From an uncultured Pelagibacteraceae bacterium (GTDB lineage: Bacteria; Pseudomonadota; Alphaproteobacteria; Pelagibacterales; Pelagibacteraceae), in contig CACJMW010000003.1 of assembly GCA_902594655.1 (NCBI GenBank), positions 12,403 to 76,402 on the forward strand: a DNA stretch of 64,000 nt, read 5' to 3'. Position numbers and translations under genes: made by a program. Of the stretch, positions 60,335 through 64,000 are shown one piece after another. The notes under the pieces are model-generated. The model was not told where the DNA came from. It saw only the letters and a list, made by a program, of their open reading frames with translations, and searched no databases. Each line of letters starts with the position of its first letter. Position 1 is the stretch's first letter.

Positions 60335-62848
60335 AGCTCCACAACAATTTTTGTATTTTTTATTTGTAGCAGGGCATAACTCATTTCTTGATATTTTTTG
60401 ACCTTTCATTATTGCCAAAAGACATTTTGGATCATTTGCGGTTTCACTTTTTTTATCATTAGCAGCCATATCTGATACAATTTTAATATTTAATAATAAT
60501 GCAATTAGTTGTGTTTTCAGATTATTTAATAAATTTTCAAACAGATTAAAGGCTTCTTTTTTATATTCGATTAATGGATCTCTTTGACCGTAAGATCTTA
60601 ATCCAATAACTTGCCTTAATTGCTCTAAATATTGAATATGATTTTTCCAATTCTGGTCAATTAATTGTAAGAAAATTCTTTTTTCAATATCTTTTGCCTG
60701 CTCTTCACCTAAGGAGGATTTTCTTTCATTTCTTTTGTTATTAAATTTATTTAATATTTCTTCTTTAAAAAAAGTATCATTTTTTGATCTTAAAATATCA
60801 ATCTCCTCTTTGCTAAAGGCAGTTCCAAAGCTGGAAAGCATTTTTTTTTCTAAATCTGTATTTTTATTTTTATAATCGACAAATTCATTTATTATTTGAT
60901 CTAGAAATATATCAGCAAACTCAAATGAATTTGAACTTTCAATTACCTTGTTTCTTTGCGAGAAAATTACATGTCTTTGGTCATTTAAAACATCATCAAA
61001 TTTTAATAATGATTTTCGAATATCAAAATTTCTTGCCTCGACCTTTTGTTGAGCTCTTTCCAAAGCTTTGTTAATCCACGGATGATCAATACTTTCACCG
61101 TTTTTTAATCCAAGTTTTTCTAAAATATTATTCATAGACTCTGAGCCAAAAATTCTCATAAGATCGTCTTCTAAACTAACAAAAAAAATTGAGTTGCCCT
61201 CGTCACCTTGTCTTCCAGATCTTCCTCTAGCTTGATTGTCTACTCTCCTACTTTCCATTCTTTCTGTACCTATTACAAATAAGCCACCTAAATTTTTTAT
61301 TTCTTCTCTAAACTCACTTTCCGCGTTTTTACCTCCCAGTCTAATATCTACACCTCTTCCAGATATACTAGTTGTAATAATCACAGATTTTTTTGTGCCT
61401 GCATTTGCAATAATTTCTGCTTCTTTGTGATGGTTTTTTGCATTCAAAACGATATGGCTTATATTTTTTTTTTGAAACAATTCTGAATAATGTTCTGATT
61501 TGTTAATACTACTTGTAAATACTAAAATTGGTTGTCCCAACCCATATTTTTCATCTACCAATTTTACTATAGCCTCATCTTTTTCTTTTTCAGTTCTGTA
61601 GATTTGATCATTTAAGTCTTTTCTAATCATTTTTTTATTTGTAGGTATTGTAACTACGTTAAGATTATAAATTTCGTAAAATTCTTGTGCTTCTGTAGCG
61701 GCAGTACCTGTACAACCACATAGTTTTTCATATAACTTGAAATAATTTTGGTAAGTAATTGACGCCAAAGTTTGGTTTTCGAACTGAATGGATAAATTTT
61801 CTTTAGCTTCTAAGCTTTGATGGAGACCATCACCAAATCTTCTGCCAGGCATTTGTCTTCCTGATTGTTCGTCAATAATAATAATTTCTTTTTCCTTAAC
61901 AATATAATCTTTTCCATTCGAAAAAATATAATTTGCTCTCAAAGATTGATTAACTAAATGAACTAAGGATAAATTTTCAGGATCATAAAAATTATTATTT
62001 TTTAACAAACCCACTTCAGAAAATATTTTTTCAACATTGTCTATACCTTTATTTGTTAATAATATATTTCTATTTTTCTCATCAATTTCAAAATCATCAC
62101 TTTTCAATTTTTTAATTAATTTATTTACAATTAAATATTGATCAGTTTTATCTTCAGCTTGACCAGAAACAATTAGTGGAACTCTAGCTTCGTCAATTAA
62201 GCAAGAGTCTATTTCATCAACTATTGCAAAATGTTGTCCTCTTTGAACTTTATTTTGTTTTGAAAATTTCATATTATCTCTAAGATAATCAAAACCTAAT
62301 TCACTGTTAGTTGCATAAGTAATATCACACAAATAATTTTTTCTTCTTTCCTCATCAGTTTGTCCTGAATTTATAAATCCACATGAAATTCCTAAAAAAT
62401 TATAAATCTTTCCCATATTTTCCGAATCCCTTTTTGCAAGGTAATCATTGACAGTAACAACATGGACTCCTTTGCCGGCTAGAGAATTCAAATATGCTGC
62501 TAAAGCAATGGTTAATGTTTTTCCTTCTCCAGTCTTCATTTCGGCTATCTTATTCTGGTTAAGAACTATTCCACCTATTAATTGAACATCGAAATGTCTT
62601 TCATTATTTATTCTTTTTGATGCCTCTCTTACTAAAGCATATGCTTCTGGCAAAATATCATTTAAATTTTCCCCATTTGAAAGTAATTTTTTTAAATAAG
62701 AAGTTTTTTCAGAAAACTCATTATCTCTAAGTTTTAATATTTTGTCCTCATGGTAGTTAATTTTTTCAATTATTTTAGTAGTTTTATCCAATTCTTTTTG
62801 ATTTGAGGATTTAAAGATTTTATTTATAAAATTTAACGGATTCAGCAT
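60329..62848 (-). CDS. secA: Preprotein translocase ATPase SecA
   Basis: AEMKTGEGKT, VTVNDYLA.RD, IVDEIDS.LIDEAR, ESRRVDNQARGRSGRQGD.G, QRDPL.EYK.E. Confidence 0.97.
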   Translation of the reverse strand: MLNPLNFINKIFKSSNQKELDKTTKIIEKINYHEDKILKLRDNEFSEKTSYLKKLLSNGENLNDILPEAYALVREASKRINNERHFDVQLIGGIVLNQNKIAEMKTGEGKTLTIALAAYLNSLAGKGVHVVTVNDYLAKRDSENMGKIYNFLGISCGFINSGQTDEERRKNYLCDITYATNSELGFDYLRDNMKFSKQNKVQRGQHFAIVDEIDSCLIDEARVPLIVSGQAEDKTDQYLIVNKLIKKLKSDDFEIDEKNRNILLTNKGIDNVEKIFSEVGLLKNNNFYDPENLSLVHLVNQSLRANYIFSNGKDYIVKEKEIIIIDEQSGRQMPGRRFGDGLHQSLEAKENLSIQFENQTLASITYQNYFKLYEKLCGCTGTAATEAQEFYEIYNLNVVTIPTNKKMIRKDLNDQIYRTEKEKDEAIVKLVDEKYGLGQPILVFTSSINKSEHYSELFQKKNISHIVLNAKNHHKEAEIIANAGTKKSVIITTSISGRGVDIRLGGKNAESEFREEIKNLGGLFVIGTERMESRRVDNQARGRSGRQGDEGNSIFFVSLEDDLMRIFGSESMNNILEKLGLKNGESIDHPWINKALERAQQKVEARNFDIRKSLLKFDDVLNDQRHVIFSQRNKVIESSNSFEFADIFLDQIINEFVDYKNKNTDLEKKMLSSFGTAFSKEEIDILRSKNDTFFKEEILNKFNNKRNERKSSLGEEQAKDIEKRIFLQLIDQNWKNHIQYLEQLRQVIGLRSYGQRDPLIEYKKEAFNLFENLLNNLKTQLIALLLNIKIVSDMAANDKKSETANDPKCLLAIMKGQKISRNELCPATNKKYKNCCGAL

Positions 62849-62909
62849 TTGATCTATTTGTTATTTAACCGAATCTTATATAATCATATTATTAATTTTT
62901 TAAACATTT

Positions 62910-64000
62910 ATGGTTTTTAAACATGAAAATTATCAAATAAACTCCAATTCTATTGGGTTTTATCAGGATTTAGAGCACCTTGATGGTTTAGGAATATCTG
63001 CTGTTTCAGCTGATTTATATACTAATAAAAAAAGAGATGATTTAGTAATTTTTTATTTTAGAAAAGGTGCTTGCTTTGCATCTGTGTACACTCAATCGAA
63101 CATAAAATCTGAAAACATAAAATGGAATCTAAATAATTCTAAGGAAAAAATTTATGCACTTTTAATAAATACTAGAAATGCAAATGCATTTACAGGGAAA
63201 GATGGCTATAAATCAATAAATAATATTTCTACATTGCTTTCAGATCAATTAACTAAAAAACAAATTGAAGATGAAGAAGATCCAAAGAAAATTAAACCAA
63301 AAAACCTTTTGTTTGCCTCAACGGGAACAATTGGAGAAACATTTCCAGAAAATAAAATTTTAAATGCGGTACCAAATTTAATAACGAAAATAAAATATGT
63401 ACAAAATAAGTATGTATGGATGAAGGCTGCAATGGGTATGCTCACAACTGATACAAGGCCCAAGTTATCTATGGAGGAATGCAAGATAGCTGGTACGCCA
63501 GTAAAAATTTATGGAGTAGCAAAAGGTTCAGGCATGATATACCCCGATATGGCAACTACTCTTGGTTTTGTTTTTACAGACGCAAAAATAAACGGAAAAG
63601 TTTTAAAACAACTATTAAAAAAAAATATTCAAAATACGTTCAATGCTATAAGCTGCGATGGAGATACTAGCACAAACGATATGGTAAGTATATTTTCCAC
63701 AGGTTGCGCTAACAACAAAGAAATAAAGTCATATAAAGATAAAAATATTAACGACTTCGAAAATTCATTAAATTCAGTTTTAAAAAATTTAGCAAAAAGT
63801 GTTGCTTCTGACGGAGAAGGAGCGTCCAAATTTGTCATTATTAAAGTAGAAAAATGTAAAAATGAAAATGATGCTAAAAAAATTTGTTTTTCAATTGCTA
63901 ACTCACCTTTAGTTAAAACTGCAATTGCTGGTGAAGATCCAAACTGGGGGAGAATAATGATGGCTGTAGGTAAGGCTAAGGTAAATTTAAATTTAAAAAA
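62910..64000 (+). CDS. argJ: Ornithine acetyltransferase/N-acetylglutamate synthase (3'-partial; absent from the ORF track)
   Basis: Hand translation from ATG 62910: RDDLVIF, NTRNANAFTG, ASTGTIG, TTDT.PK, AKGSGMIYPDMAT.L, DGDTSTND, DGEGASK, NSPLVKTAI.GEDPNWGRI. Confidence 0.93.
   Translation, partial: MVFKHENYQINSNSIGFYQDLEHLDGLGISAVSADLYTNKKRDDLVIFYFRKGACFASVYTQSNIKSENIKWNLNNSKEKIYALLINTRNANAFTGKDGYKSINNISTLLSDQLTKKQIEDEEDPKKIKPKNLLFASTGTIGETFPENKILNAVPNLITKIKYVQNKYVWMKAAMGMLTTDTRPKLSMEECKIAGTPVKIYGVAKGSGMIYPDMATTLGFVFTDAKINGKVLKQLLKKNIQNTFNAISCDGDTSTNDMVSIFSTGCANNKEIKSYKDKNINDFENSLNSVLKNLAKSVASDGEGASKFVIIKVEKCKNENDAKKICFSIANSPLVKTAIAGEDPNWGRIMMAVGKAKVNLNLK

Noticed and set aside
9269-63838. 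Numerous 60-146 aa antisense or overlapping ORFs in the track (e.g. 14160, 17869, 24108, 47044, 54824, 57591, 63245, 63479)
   Set aside because: They are shadow frames of well-supported genes (including the untracked argJ) and show no recognisable motifs.

Overview
AT-rich, gene-dense window from a streamlined alphaproteobacterium. Gene order and protein sequences point to SAR11/Pelagibacterales (inference). Most of it is core genome: gyrB, regB, cobST, aroBK, def-fmt-truA, dapDE, argB, yidC-yidD-rnpA-rpmH, dcd-murA-hisD-infA, hisSZG, folC-accD-trpABF-pyrF-ihfB-rpsA-cmk-aroA, lptBC-kdsD, gcrA, argDF, kdsB-pheA, ffs-dnaX-ybaB-recR, glcB, accA, secA and argJ, plus three tRNAs (Thr, Phe, His) and SRP RNA. 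Five things stand out. (1) An otherwise intact trxA is split inside its WC|GPC active site by a 49-nt, stop-containing, 19-bp GC-rich hairpin, an architecture resembling programmed translational bypassing. (2) Directly upstream is a ~5-kb accessory block of four predicted nucleases and one unknown gene, containing a promoter-driven, tandem 78-nt-period double-hairpin RNA whose loops look antisense to ribosome-binding sites. (3) A His-rich leader peptide precedes a tRNA-His that ends 3 nt before hisS. (4) An apparent deletion joins a truncated dnaX to a decapitated ybaB. (5) A small glycosylation cassette sits at the tRNA-Thr 3' end. All calls come from reading the sequence; no searches were run.
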